From Selaginella moellendorffii (Eukaryota > Plantae > Lycopodiophyta): a DNA stretch of 64,000 bases. Positions 36,865-49,889 of the stretch are shown piece after piece. The position numbers were made by a program, and so were the translations under genes. The stretch lies in assembly GCF_000143415.4 (NCBI RefSeq), contig NW_003314287.1, positions 642,203-706,202 of the forward strand. The letters run 5' to 3'. The notes below the pieces were generated by a model, which searched no databases, was not told the DNA's origin, and saw only the letters and a program-made list of their open reading frames with translations. Every line of letters starts with the position of its first letter. Position 1 is the stretch's first letter.

Positions 36865-37776
36865 TTACCCTCCTGAACGAATGAAAAGAAGAGCGTTTGC
36901 ACAGAAAAGAGTGGAAAGTCTATACTGTAGCACCTGATGCCTTGGGACTGGCCTTCGGAGTTGGATTTGGAGCGGGGCTGGTCCGTGGAGGTGATGGGCT
37001 TGGAGCGGGGCTGGTCTTTGGAGGAGTTGGACTTGGAGTGGGGGTGGTCTTTGAAGGTGATGGGCTTGGAGCGGGGCTGGTCTTTGGAAGAGTTGGAATT
37101 GGAACGGGACTGGTCTTTGGAGGAGTTGGACTTGGAGCGGGGCTGGTCTTTGGAGAAGGGCTTGGTGTTGGGCTCGTCTTTGGAGATGGGCTGGGTGTTG
37201 GGCTGGTCTTTGGAGATGGACTCGCCTTTGGGCTTGAACTGGGACTTTCCGTGCATCCTGTTAACAGCAAAACTCTATCAAGTTCATGGTACAAATCGTG
37301 GAAGCATGAAGAGTTGGCCAGACAAACCTGGTGGGGGCGGTCCTGACAGAAACATGAAACAAAAATAAAACAGTGAAGCCTGAAAAACCATAGAAAAGAA
37401 AGCAGAAGTTGGTATGTATATGGCACCTGCTTCAAATTTACGTAAAAAGTTTCAGTACGTGATATTATCTTGCTGTTAATTCAAGAGTTTCACCTGGGCA
37501 TGGCGGCGTACCACGGAGCCAGCACCTGGAGCAGCAAAACCAAATCAAAGGCTATAGTAGCACAAACTTGAATTTGAACTTTCACCTGCATCGATCTTGT
37601 ACTGCAACAACAAGAAGCAAAGAAAAGATGTTGGCAAGAGTCCCATAGAAGACCATGTCAAATGCATCAAAAGAACCTTGGTTTGCTTGACGAACAACAA
37701 ACTCAGCAGCTCCATCATCCCCGAGACTGCAAACCACAAGACATGAAATCACCAACGCCACAAAGACGGCCTTCAT
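36865..37776 (-). CDS. Secreted Cys/Pro-rich micro-exon gene, copy 4
   Basis: Exons 37776-37677, 37601-37586, 37525-37494, (37429-37427?), 37342-37328, 37257-36934, 36872-36865; all GT-AG; 8 repeat units; tail shortened to GG*. Confidence 0.72.
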
Positions 37777-38264
37777 CTTGTAGAGACACTGGATGGCTGG
37801 CTGAGAGGCAATGCAGGGGGTAAAATGCGAATGCATATGCAGGGCCCTGAAGGGGGAATTTATTTCGAACTACCGGGCAGAATCTCTTTTTTTTTTTCCC
37901 AAGGAATTGACAAGGGAGCCCTTCCAAATCTTAGCTGGGTGGTGACAATAGACACAAGTTTTGCCAGGTTTACGAACAAAGTGATATGACCTAAAGCGCA
38001 TGTGATAGTTGTCGTTTTTCCCAAAGAATTGACGAAAGAGAATTGTCTGAGGTGATTCCAAATCTTAGGTGGGTGGCAACAATAGACAAGGTATCCATAC
38101 TACAATCTGACAATGGATACCTTCGTCCATGAATACCTTACAAGACGAAGCAAGTTCTGCCAGGTTTACGAACAAGGTGATATGACCTAAAGCGCATACA
38201 GTGATAGTTGTCTTGCCTATTTTATAGACAATGATTTGGATGTGCAAAGAAACCGGTCCAGAGA

Positions 38265-39415
38265 CTAAATTGCAAGAAATTTTAAGCGAAGTATGTGCTC
38301 TGCAGCTCGTTTGCCACGAGCCACATCTCGATGGAGCCTGCAAGCGCTCATCAGAGTTGTCCATGCCACCACGTCTGGAAGAAATGGCATGGACTGGATG
38401 AGATTCTCGGTCTCCTCCAGCCGCTTAGCCCGCCCAAGCAGATCAACCATGCACCTGTAGTGATGGGTCGATCCCAAAGTCTGATTGGATCGACAGGAAG
38501 TGTTCTCGAGCATCAGTGATCTTCCCCGCGTGGCTGCAACCGCTCAGGATTGCGATAAAAGTGATCTCGTCCGGTGAAATCCCTTCGAGATTCATGGCCT
38601 GAAACGCATTAATCACATCTTGCATTCGGCCGTTTCTGGCAAGCACTGCGATCAAGGCCGTCCACGACCGCTGGTCTTTCCATGGCATATTTTCGAACAC
38701 TTCAGCTTACATTACCATTTACGGAAAATGCAACCATCATTGTAGTATTGTGCACCAGAATTCTGTCAAATATACTCTTCTCTTGCACAAGACACCCATT
38801 AAGGGCATAGACTGAGATCATAGCGTTCCAGGCCACTACGTCGTGCAAGGGCATTCGATCGAAGGCTTGAATTGATTCGTCAAATTCACCACAATCGCCA
38901 TAGCCAGTCAGAAGAACACACCATGCAGGGTGATCGCGGAAAGGCATCGAGAGGAACATTCTCTTCGCATCTGTTTGATACCCATCCTATGCACAGGCTG
39001 ACATTACGGTGTTCCATGCCACGACATTCCAACTCGGCATTCTATCCAGGCCTCTTTTGCTTTGAAGGTTTGCGTTGCAGTAATAAGTCCACCAGCTAGA
39101 GCATTCAAGGATCTTTCTGCTCCACAAGAGAAAACAATCTCCGAGATTTCCAACTCCGGCATTTGCAGAAATCATGCAAGTCCAAGTTACAACATTGGTC
39201 TCGGGCGTCAACTCAAAGATTATCTTTGACTCAGTTACCTGACCCACATGCGCCAAGACCTGTATCATTGCGTTACTAGACAGAATATCCCACTGTGGCA
39301 TCCGATCAAAGAGTATCATTTCTTCCTGAGTATCCCCTGTTTAGGCATATACTGTAATCATAGTATTCCAAGTAATGACATGCTTTTGAGGCATGTTAAG
39401 AAACACAGAAGTAGA
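38265..39415 (-). pseudogene. PLS-class PPR pseudogene
   Basis: Homologous to 26847-28000, several frameshifts. Confidence 0.85.
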
Positions 39416-39469
39416 TTCATTTAAGCAAAAATTAGATGCTCAAGATGACTAGGGCTTTTGACCCTTGCA

Positions 39470-40100
39470 ATTCAATACCTGAAGATCAAAGCAAGAATGA
39501 AAGTGAAGGCTGAAATCCTATTCTACATGGTTGAGGTAAATATTGGTGTTGTATACTTAAGCCCTTGTAAGTAGCATAGCTTACTTACATAAACTCTGTA
39601 AGATTGAATATAGTTCTTCCTCTCTAAATTGTTTCAAATGTTAAAACATTGACAAAACTTACTTGAACACAGCGAGGAAGATTGTTGCAAATAACATAGG
39701 AAAAATGAGATTTTGTTTTCTCTTCTTGGAAGAAAACAAAAGAAATCCACTAGTGAGTAATATGAACTTAGCAATGCAGAAAGAATGTCACAAACTTTGA
39801 GTAATATGAACTTAGCAATGCAGAAAGAATGTCACAAACTTTTCCACAAAGGAAGAGAGAAATCTCAAAACCAGGAAGCCAAGGCAATTTTTATACATGA
39901 ATCATAGAACTACCCTTGCCAAAGCAAGACTTTGTAGCTTGCAAAACCTGCTTGGGCAACAATGAGAACCACATGAAATCTAAGCCGGGAAGAAGGTAAT
40001 GAGATTGGTTGCTCATCATCAAATAATCTAATATTATTAGCAGTAGCTATAGGTGGAAGAGGTAATGGAACATATATCTCTTCTAAATCAATAGCAACAT
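39470..40100 (-). pseudogene. WAT1/UMAMIT 5' fragment
   Basis: EIYVPLPLPP...SSRLRFHVVLIVAQAGFA, degraded. Confidence 0.8.
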
Positions 40101-40279
40101 TAGAACAAGTACAACTCAAATATATAACCTCAGAGATTTATAAAGGTATAAGAAAAGGAAAGATGGGCAAATAGAGCACATGAATCAGGTGTTAGTATCA
40201 ATAGCAACATCAAAATAAATACAACTCAAATCATTATATATAATCTCATAGATTGACAAAAGTATAAGAAAAGAAAAGA

Positions 40280-40600
40280 TAGCTAAACACAACATATGAA
40301 TTAACTATTGGAAAATGTGTTGAGGTCTTTTGTGGGAAACATGATTTAACAAAGAGTATAGAAAAAGTACTTGCCTTTGTTTTAGTTTACTCACAACTTT
40401 TGTGAGTTTTAGTTTGGCTTTAGTTTGGGTGCTTTATGCTTGTGATTTTTTAGAGGATATGCAAGACAAACTTAAATGGGCAAAGTTGAACATGAGGCAA
40501 GTTCAAAATAAAGACAAAAAATTGGCTAATGAACATTATCATCATCAAGAGTACAAAATTAGTGACAAAGTTTTCCTTAAACTGTCGGATGCACAATGTT
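40280..40600 (+). mobile_element. Ty3/gypsy integrase C-terminal fragment
   Basis: LEDMQDKLKWAKLNMRQVQ...YKISDKVFLKL; homologous to 28840-29225. Confidence 0.6.
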
Positions 40601-40658
40601 CTTTGAAAGGAGGTGGTAGTGATCAATCAGACATTGAAGAAGGTATAGATATTGTTCA

Positions 40659-41284
40659 GATTGCAGGAGGTACCAAGATCACACTGATGTTCCAAGTGCT
40701 TAATGAGATCTTATAAAATCCAGAAGATAAAACACAGGATTGTCTCCAGGAAAAATGTGTCCTCATAATGTTTCTGCAGCATTTCCTCTGATCAGGTCTC
40801 GTTGATCTATGCCAACTTGACACTGGACGACATTCTACTCAAGAACGAGCTCAACAAACTTGCTGAAAACATCCAAACTTCAAGGTCCTGTTTGAGACTA
40901 TCAGACTTCTTGTGTTTCCAAGGAAAACTGATGCATGTTTACAGGTTTTCTATGTTGCCGATAAGCCAATGCGACCGCCTTCATCACGAAAGACCTGGTG
41001 AAGGGACTACCACCTCCTTCAGACGGCAATCTCATCATGGTTTGAAGCTCATTCGCTGCTCGTTACTTAGTTCCCCATTGACACCATTTCCAACAGGTGT
41101 GCGGGCCTCCAGCCCTCATGAGCCACATCTCTGGCGATAAAGCACCAGACAAATCACAAGGACAAGTAACCATTTTACAGAGATATCTATTCCAACACGC
41201 GAACTTCCCTGATTCCACTCTTCTTTCTCAACAGTTGACAGGTCTCTTGAAGAGCATGGGTTAGACCAAGTGTACAAGTTCTAG
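40659..41284 (+). pseudogene. Cytochrome b5 reductase 3' fragment D
   Basis: IAGGTKITLMFQVLNEIL*, frameshifts. Confidence 0.8.
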
Positions 41285-41386
41285 GCATTCTTGGACAAGA
41301 ACAACACAATACAATACAAAGCTCTTTAAAGTCATGAGAGGTCCCCTGAGACGCACTGGCTTATTCCGTGGAGTCATGCCGTGTGC

Positions 41387-42148
41387 TTATGGAGTCGCAG
41401 CGTGATGATCTTTCCCTCCTGAACGAATGAAAAGAAGAGCGTTTGCACAGAAAAGAGTGGAAAGTCTATACTGTAGCACCTGATGCCTTGGGAGTGGCCT
41501 TCGGAGTTGGGCTTGGAGCGGGGCTGGTCTTTGGAGGAGATGTGCTTGGAGCGGGGGTGGTCTTTGGAGGAGATGGGCTTGGAGCGGGGCTGGTCTTTGG
41601 AGATGGGCTTGGTGTTGGGCTTGAACTGGGACTTTCCGTGCATCCTGTTAACAGCAAAACTCTATCAAGTTCATGGTTCAAGTTTGCCCAGACAAACCTG
41701 GTGGGGGTGGTCCTGACAGAAACATGAAACAAAAATAAAACAGTTAAGCCTGAAAAACCATAGAAAAGAAAGCAGAAGTTGGTATGTATATGGCACCTGC
41801 TTCAAATTTACGTAAAAAGTTTCAGTACGTGATATTAATCTTGCTGTTAAATTCAAGAGTTTCACCTGGGCATGGCGGCGTACCACGGAGCCAGCACCTG
41901 GAGCAGCAAAACCAAATCAAAGGCTATAGTAGCACAAACTTGAATTTGAACTTTCACCTGCATCGATCTTGTACTGCAACAACAAGAAGCAAAGAAAAGA
42001 TGTTGGCAAGAGTCCCATAGAAGACCATGTCAAATGCATCAAAAGAACCTTGGTTTGCTTGACGAACAACAAACTCAGCAGCTCCATCATCCCCGAGACT
42101 GCAAACCACAAGACATGAAATCACCAACGCCACAAAGACGGCCTTCAT
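41387..42148 (-). CDS. Secreted Cys/Pro-rich micro-exon gene, copy 5
   Basis: Signal peptide, exons of 100/16/32/15 nt, 3 repeat units, GGKDHHAATP*. Confidence 0.7.
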
Positions 42149-42459
42149 CTTGTAGAGACACTGGATGGCTGGCTGAGAGGCAATGTAGGAGGTAAATGCG
42201 AATGCATATGCAGTGCCCCGAAGCCGGAATTTTATTTCGAACCAAGGCTAACAAACAAAGCCACTGGAATCACAATGTACCGGGCAGAATCTCAGTTTTT
42301 GTTATTTATCCAAAGAATTGACAAGGGAGAACGTGAAAGAGAATTGTTTGAGGTGGAGTGTCCCTTCCAAATCTTAGCTGGGTGGCAACAATAGACACAA
42401 GTTCTGCCAGGTGTACGAACAAGGTGATATGACCTAAAGCGCATAATAGTTGTATAGCC

Positions 42460-42897
42460 TATTTTATAGGATGGCAAAGAAACCGATCCAGAGACTAAAT
42501 TGCAAGAAATTTGTTAAAGCGAAGTATGTGCTCTGCAGTCGTTTGCCACGAGTCACATCCAACAGAGTTGTCCATGCCACCGCATCTGGAAGAAATGGCA
42601 TGGACTGGATGAGATTCTCGGCCTCCTCCAGCCGCTTAGCCCGCCCAAGCAGATCAACCATGCACCTGTAGTGATGGGTCGATCCCAAAGTCTGATTGGA
42701 TCGACAGGAAGTGTTCTCGAGCATCAGTGATCTTCCCCGCGTGGCTGCAACCGCTCAGGATTGCGATAAAAGTGATCTCGTCCGGTGAAATCCCTTCGAG
42801 ATTCATGGCCTGAAACGCATTAATCACATCTTGCATTAGGCCGTTTCTGGCAAGTACTGCGATCAAGGCCGTCCACGACCACTAGTCTTTCCATGGC
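42460..42897 (-). pseudogene. PPR 3' fragment truncated by a transposon
   Basis: [29 protein letters not shown]. Confidence 0.8.
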
Positions 42898-43616
42898 GAA
42901 ATGCTTATCTATTGCCATGTTTACATCCAGTGAAAGGGATGTGATATGGGATAAACTTTTAACTTATAGGAGAATAAGAACTCGATTGATGCTAAGTCTG
43001 ATCGCATTAGAAAAGGACTTGTATGTTGGTGAGAGTATTATAGTAATGAAATTCCAGCACTTTAGAAGTTGGCCATTCGAGTTCTAAGTCAAGCATGCTC
43101 GTCATCCTTAGTGAAAAGATTGTTTAGCACTTTCAAGGATATGTCTTCAAAGAAGAAAAATAAACTTACTATGGACAAGACAGAGGTTGTTAATCTGTAA
43201 TTTGTCATAGATTGTGACTATGACAAATTTGTGAGCTATAATGTAAGAAGACAAACTTAAGTCAGGAGAGGAAGAGGAAGAAGAAGAAGAAAATGGAGAT
43301 GATATCAAAGATTATGAGGTTGAAGATAACAATGATTTGTTTGACAAAGAAAGCTCATTTCTTCCTAGTAAAGACAACAATTAAAACTACTAAACTTGCT
43401 TAGTTGTTTGTAAATTAGTTATTTAGTCTATATAGTTTGTTGGGTGGATTTTTGAGTAGTTTATTTATAATAAAAAGTAGCATATTCCTAGAATTAAAAA
43501 GAGAATATTCTTATAATATCCACTAGAATATTCATGAGCTATTGATCGTGTTCTATAGTCAGGTTCCTGAAATCTAAAGCTCATGTTTGTGTTCTATATT
43601 CGTGTTCATAAGTATG
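42898..43616 (+). mobile_element. hAT transposon 3' remnant (dimerisation domain, acidic tail, putative terminus)
   Basis: PAL*KLAIRVLSQACSSS...RLFSTFKDMSSKKKNKL, Glu/Asp-rich tail, repeated CGTGTTC/TGTTC subterminal motifs. Confidence 0.65.
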
Positions 43617-46600
43617 ATATCAATTATAAACATTATTGTGAGCAAAATGGAGCAAAAGCAAATACTTCTCCCATACTTTTTGTCGAGTCAAGTTTCTTAT
43701 AAAAAACCTCAATACATCTTCTAACAATTGATTCATGCACTTTATCTGCCCATCTAAATGTGAATGCTCACCACTACTCATGTTCAACTTAATTTTTAAC
43801 TTCTCAAATATCATTGCCAAAACTTAAACATGAACTTAGGATCTTGATCAATCACAATATACAATCTACAACTACCAAATAATATTATTTCCTTGAAAAG
43901 TCTTGGGCAAACTAGTGGTAAATTATATTGAGATGTTATCCCAATCATTTTCAAGTATACATAGAGGATAATAGAGGCCAACAAACTTATGATGATCAAC
44001 TTTGACCACTTGCCAAGTCAAACAACCATATACATAGTTTTCAACATCTAACTTTATCCTAGGCAAAACAAAATGCCTCTTCACTAATACATACGTCCTT
44101 AGTACCCCTAGATGCCTAGCATTTATCAACTAAAATCTTTTTAATGAGTTTATCAATATGAGGAATCACTAAATGTCCCTTATTTACCAAGATTTCATTT
44201 CATATCTTGAATGATATAACCTTATCACCCTTTAAATACATAGAGGTATCCCTCAATAAAACCTTCATATTAATATTAGTGATGAAGAAGTTGAAGTCAA
44301 TAAACTCTTTAAACTCATCTAAAAGATTGCTAGATAACTTCATGAATGAGATAAAATTCATTATCTTGAATAATGCATTAGCCATTTTATTGTCATCACC
44401 AAACTTGTACCAGATTTTCACAAATATGTCCTGTAAGAGCTCTTGCCAACCAGTAAAGTGGTCTCAAAGATCCTTTTAATGACTAAAATATTGGAGAGAT
44501 TGATGGTTTGGATCTACATAGAAGTCTGATCCATATAGATAATATTGCCATTCATTCACAATAGCAATCATAGAATACAATGCCTTATCTCGAGTAAGCC
44601 AATTTTATTGTGTGGCATCAAACTTAGATCATGCATTATCAAAGGTATAAACCAATCAATCATGACTTGGATCTTTGTGAGATCATCTTTTATACCATAC
44701 ACTGAAATTGCCTGAGATATCTAATTTCCTCCAAGAAAAACTCATACTTGGATAACTTTGAGTATAGCTTGTTATCACTCAAAAGATGTAAAACACTTCG
44801 CACATGCATCTCATGTTCTACTGTAGAGTTGAACACTAGGATATTAAAGTAGTCGATCACAAATTTCCCCAAATAAGGTTGTAAAACTTAATTTATCAAC
44901 CTTTGAAAAGTTGTAAGAGCATTTATCAAACCAAATGGATTTGATAATACCCTTGCTTCAAATCAATCTTTATAAAATATTGAGCACCATAAAGACAATT
45001 GAGCAAATCATCAATATGAAGTATATTCTTTCACTGTTCTATCATTTAATCCCTTAACCGTTCTAGTTCATATAGAAAAGCCATGTACTTTTTCTTTTTG
45101 ACCATCACCATTGAAGCAGCGTAAAGAGACTTGCTTATCCATAACCACCTCTTTTGAAGGTACTCAGAAAGTTGCCTATTGATTTCATCTTCAAAAGGAC
45201 TAGGGAGAGTCAATTTTTGGTGATAAGGAGTAACTCCAAGAGCTAAGTCAATTTCATGCTAAGTTAGATGGGGCAAACCATTAGGCAATTCATCTGGAAA
45301 TACATCATGGAACTCCTTTTGAATGCAATTCATACAAGCCCTATGCCTACAAATGTACTTTAAATCAGAGTCTTAGATCGAGTACGAGATCGAGTCCAAG
45401 ACCGAGTCTGAGATCGAGTCCAAGACCAACTCTGAGACTGAGTTCGAGATAGAGTCCAGGATCGAGTCCGAGGCCAACTCCGAGACCGAGTCCAAGACCA
45501 ACTCTGAGACTGAGTTCGAGATAGAGTCCGGGATTGAGTCCGAGGCCAACTCCGAGACCGAGTTCAAGGCCAAGTTCGAGACCAAGTTTGAGATAGAGTC
45601 CGAGATCCAAGATCGGGTCCGAGACCGAGTCCGAGGTCCAGTCCGAAGTCGAGTCCGAGATCGAGTCTGAGGTCAAGTCCGAAATCGAGTCCGAAGTTGG
45701 GTCCGAGATTGAGTCTGAGATCGAGTCCGAGACCGAGTCCGAGTACTAATATAGGTCGAGGGGTGAAAGCCTAAAGCATGTGTCTCCCGGGGGGGGGGGG
45801 CTACAGGGGGTTCCAAAAATATAGTAGGGATAGTGAGATCCAAGAACCAATCTTGAAGGAACTCTCTAGTAGTGCTTCCAAACTGACTTGAGGTTGAGAT
45901 TGGGACCGAGGGGCTTTGGGTGGGAATGAGCATGGACTTGGGTGGTGCCAGAGGGGCCACCCAAGGAAGTGCTTAAAAGCAACTCCCACTCCTGGAAGGG
46001 AAATCTACTGTAATGCTCCCGGCTCATGTGGAGTGGTGCCCCACTTGAGTACCTTGTGGCTCATTGGTCCTCACCCTTCCTAAGGGCTTGGGTCTTCCCT
46101 TTGGGATGGAAGTGGGGGGGTAAAGGTACCCATCCTGGGCAATTAGGCCATAGTGTTTTGCCCCGGTGTCCTGAAGCAAGTGGTGCACCCGAGGCTTGGG
46201 ATTTAAAGGGTCCTATGATTAAATCTTGTTATACCAAGGGATGTTAAGAACTTTGAGGCTTGGTGTGCTTGGTTGCTTGTGCTTGCGGGGAGTATAGCCG
46301 AACCTTAAGTCCAGTCTAACTTGGGGAGGGGGATTAGGAGAGATTTAGGAATCCATGGATGGATACCTAACACTCCATTGCTTGTGCAGTGAGTAGTTGA
46401 AACCAAGTAGGACCAAGTAGAAGCTAGTACAATATACGAGAATCTTGGCAAGGGAACTTAGCTAAAAGCCAAGGCAGTGTTGGGCGGATAGACAAGGTAG
46501 GTTGGCAAATTGGAAAGGAAAACTTTGTGGCTTACAACTTCCTCACCATGTGACCATATCTTTAGTCACTACACAAGAGGATTGCTCCTCTTCCTTTCCA

Positions 46601-47520
46601 CAGTCTGAGACATTTCAAAACACCATGGCCCTATACAAGCCTTATGGGTACTCTTTGCAGCTTCTACTCTTATGTGCTCAAGCCATGTGGCTAAAGTGAG
46701 GTTCTGATAAGCCACATTAGGTATTTAAATAGATAATGTCACCTACACTTGAATTAGGAGCATTGACTATTCGATCTCCTGCTAGAGCTAACTCTTAAAC
46801 ACTTCACCAAGTTATCCCATTTATCCATTTGTATTCATTCTAGCCTTGAACTCCTCAATGGTTATATCATCACCCACCACATGGGTATAACTTGGATATG
46901 CAACTTTCAGGACACCCAAATTTCCCACCGTCCAGAGAAGCGATCCATGTGATCGATGCAAAGTTTGGCATATCATATTTGTTTATGGACAGCCTAGGAC
47001 GGTTCCTTGATCACACTGCCCTTTTTTAGCTAAATTAGTTCCACTAAAGTCCTCCCCCCTACTATCCTTTTGAAGCTCACTAAACCCCTTAGGGTTTGAG
47101 AAATTATTGCTTTTGGCTTTCACCCTCAAATTCAGACTTAGACTCAAACTTAGACTCGAACTCAAACTCAGACTTGGTCTTAGTCTCAATCTCGGTCTTG
47201 GTCTTAGTCTTAGTTCTAGTTTCGGTCCCCATCTTAAATTCCTTCTCAAACTTCATTTTAAACTCTATTTTAGACTCATTCTTGGACTCTATCTTGAACT
47301 CCTTCTTAAACTCTTTTTTGTGTCCTTTTTTAGAGATTTATTCACTGATTGTGTCATACTCATTCCTTGAGCATTTTATTTGGAGTTCCACTCCCGCTTT
47401 TGACTTTTTGAGTTAGAACTTTTGGTCCAAATATATTACACTTGTTAAACTTCCACTTCGAATATTACTATATGGCACCTTTTCGGCTCCACTCTAGGGC
47501 TTAGGGATTTGTGTCTCACA
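43617..47520 (-). mobile_element. Degenerate Ty3/gypsy LTR retrotransposon internal region (gag-RT-integrase); no LTRs recognised
   Basis: EFHDVFPDELPNGLP..HEIDL, FGLINALTTFQRL, LYSKLSKYEFFLEEIRYL, HLGVLRTY...GCLTWQVVK, DQDPKF, DGQ..MNQLLEDVLR; RT precedes integrase. Confidence 0.85.
45365..45745. repeat. Degenerate 6/12-bp tandem repeat (GAGTCCGAGATC/GAGACC) inside the retroelement
   Basis: Direct inspection; produces low-complexity DS/LG/RT ORFs. Confidence 0.9.
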
Positions 47521-49487
47521 ATCAAACACTTATATCCATGATGGATTCCATGATATTCATCTTAACATTCTTTAATCCCTTCACAAAAGGATAATCCTTG
47601 CTTTGATGTTCAACCTTGTGGCAATGAAAATAATTATCCTTCATCTTATCTTTCCCATTAGTCTAAACGAAGTTTCTTAGCCTTATTGCCATCTCCTTTC
47701 TTTGAGCCACAACGCAGTAATGGTCATTTCTTCCCTAAATGTGAAGCATTAATTAGTTGATCATCACGTTGACTACCCTGTTGACCATCCCATTGACCAT
47801 AGTTGATTGACAGTTTTGACAAAAAGATCTAATAGCATCAATTAATATTCCTAGAAAATCCTTCTTGACCTTTTATTACACATTTAATAAGCTCAAACCT
47901 TTAATGAAATATTGCACCTTTAATAGCTTATTATAGGTGCCTATGAAAATGCGAAACTTGCAGGCATACACATTTAAAGATAAAGTGCTTTACTTGATCT
48001 TTAGTGATTAACCTCTTCAAAATTCTTGATAAATGAAGTGCAAAAAGCTTTTGTCAAATCACTCCAAAAACTTGATTTTAGATTAACTTTGATGTAGTTT
48101 TTCCACGCCACAAAAAAGCATGTGTAAGCTTCCTCATAAAAAAACAATCTTCACCTTGTTTTCACAAGAATTGTATGATTAACAACTTTTCCATGAGTCC
48201 AACTAACAATCAACCTTTTGGTTATCATAAATATCTAATTGTGACTTCCATTCCATAATACTATAATCCTTGGCATGTTTAACATACCAATGGTAATCAT
48301 GAATATAAGATTGATTCAACCTTTAAGCGTCAATATGAAATAACCTTAATGAAATTGATGAAATCTTGCTTTAAGCTTTAGTAATTTGGCATCCTTGCTA
48401 CACAATGACATTATCAAGAGTCTCTTCCTTTTTGTCATGGCCATCATTATTAAAGCTATACACCTCATCAAGATATATATTTTGCTTATTTCCCATCTTG
48501 AAAAGAATATTACTAATGAAATGCATGAAGAGCAAACCCTAGGCTAACCTTAAGCTATAAACAATTCTTGGAATATTCCTGCAGTTTGTGTCATGTTGCT
48601 AATTGGTCACACTTAATGTCCATTACAATACTTTGAAGAATTGACATTAAATTAGCTAAAGAAGAACACATTTAAAACATATTTATTTAAAACTCTCTCT
48701 TATAAATAAGAATATTAAATACAGCTAAAAATTAATTAAAATATGTACTCCTATAATTATAAATATTCTTATATTTAATAATTTTTAAGTAGGCATTTTT
48801 CTTAACCACATTAAATTTTTTCTCTTAAACATTTAAAATGATCAAAATGATGAAATGATCAAATAATTTATTTATATTAAATTTCAGACTCTATACTTAC
48901 TATCCACAAAACTATTTTTAATGATAATAATAAACTTATTTTGTTTGTTTATTTTTATTTTTATATTTTATATAGTTCACAAAATGAGAGAACAGTCTTT
49001 AACTTTTTATTATTTTATAATTATGTGACTCTATGCACTCACACTTACAATTAATTTGTAAACATTTAAATTTGTAAAGAAAGTGAAAATATTAAATAAT
49101 AATATATTTTTATTATTTTATATATATTTTAATTTGAACAAATTTAAATTTGGAGGAGATCAATCTTCTCACTACAATAAATAATTTATCCAAACTCATT
49201 TGAAAATGAATTACATGCTCTGGTATATCTAAAAATAATAAAATACTTTTAATAACTATTAAGATTTATAGAATAGGTAAAAATAATTTATTTTATTTAC
49301 AATTTTATATTTAAAGTAATAAAAAAATTAAATTTTTAGCCACAATCAATAATTGATTATTTTTATTTATGATGGTCTAATAATAAATATATCATATATC
49401 AATTAATTTTTTCCTGGTTATTAAAATATTTTAAAATAATTTAAGTTATAAAATAATTTAAATACTGGATAATTTGTACTTTTACAC
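47521..49487. mobile_element. Unclassified degenerate repeat with a very AT-rich end, probably a DNA transposon remnant
   Basis: Duplicated at 62460-64000; part recurs at ~24000-24180; no intact ORF. Confidence 0.4.
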
Positions 49488-49529
49488 TACTTTAGTAATA
49501 AATTTAATTTTAAAAATAGTAGACTACAA

Positions 49530-49880
49530 CACCTAACATTATCCTTATGAATAATCATCCCAATTTCATGAGGAACTTCAGCTACTAGCCACAAACAAAG
49601 CACATTTGCAACACCAAATCTAGGACTGGCATAGAGCGAATTAAAACAAATCAAACAATAATGAAAAATCAGTTTTAAAAGCTTGAAATGGATTGTCAAA
49701 CAAATCTTTCCACCCCTATACAAGAGAGAAGAAGGTAAGAAATTTTCCTTGATAATGAGCTAGAGATTGAGCGTCTCTACCTTCCCGTCCAGTTCCAGGA
49801 GCTCTAGCTCTGGAGCGGTGGTGGGGTAAGTCACGGGGATCTCGAACTGCAAATCAAACTCGTATGTGAACGTACCAGCA
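49530..49880 (-). pseudogene. UFC1 pseudogene
   Basis: [28 protein letters not shown] with deletions; exon 1 missing. Confidence 0.85.
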
Positions 49881-49889
49881 GCGGAGTGG

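Noticed and set aside
36897-37368. Plus-strand GAGLVFGG and LERGWSLEE repeat ORFs in every cassette
   Set aside because: Antisense shadows of the Pro-rich repeat; no signal peptide or splice structure, mostly non-ATG starts
36865-37776. BURP/cyclopeptide (RiPP) precursor or known peptide hormone
   Set aside because: No BURP CH motifs, no aromatic core repeats, and no match to CLE/CEP/RGF/IDA consensus
40402-40716. Integrase-reductase fusion ORF (also 55171-55485)
   Set aside because: Chance in-frame junction of two relics; non-ATG start and early stop
45365-45960. SD-repeat or LG-repeat proteins
   Set aside because: Products of a hexamer array in a decayed retroelement
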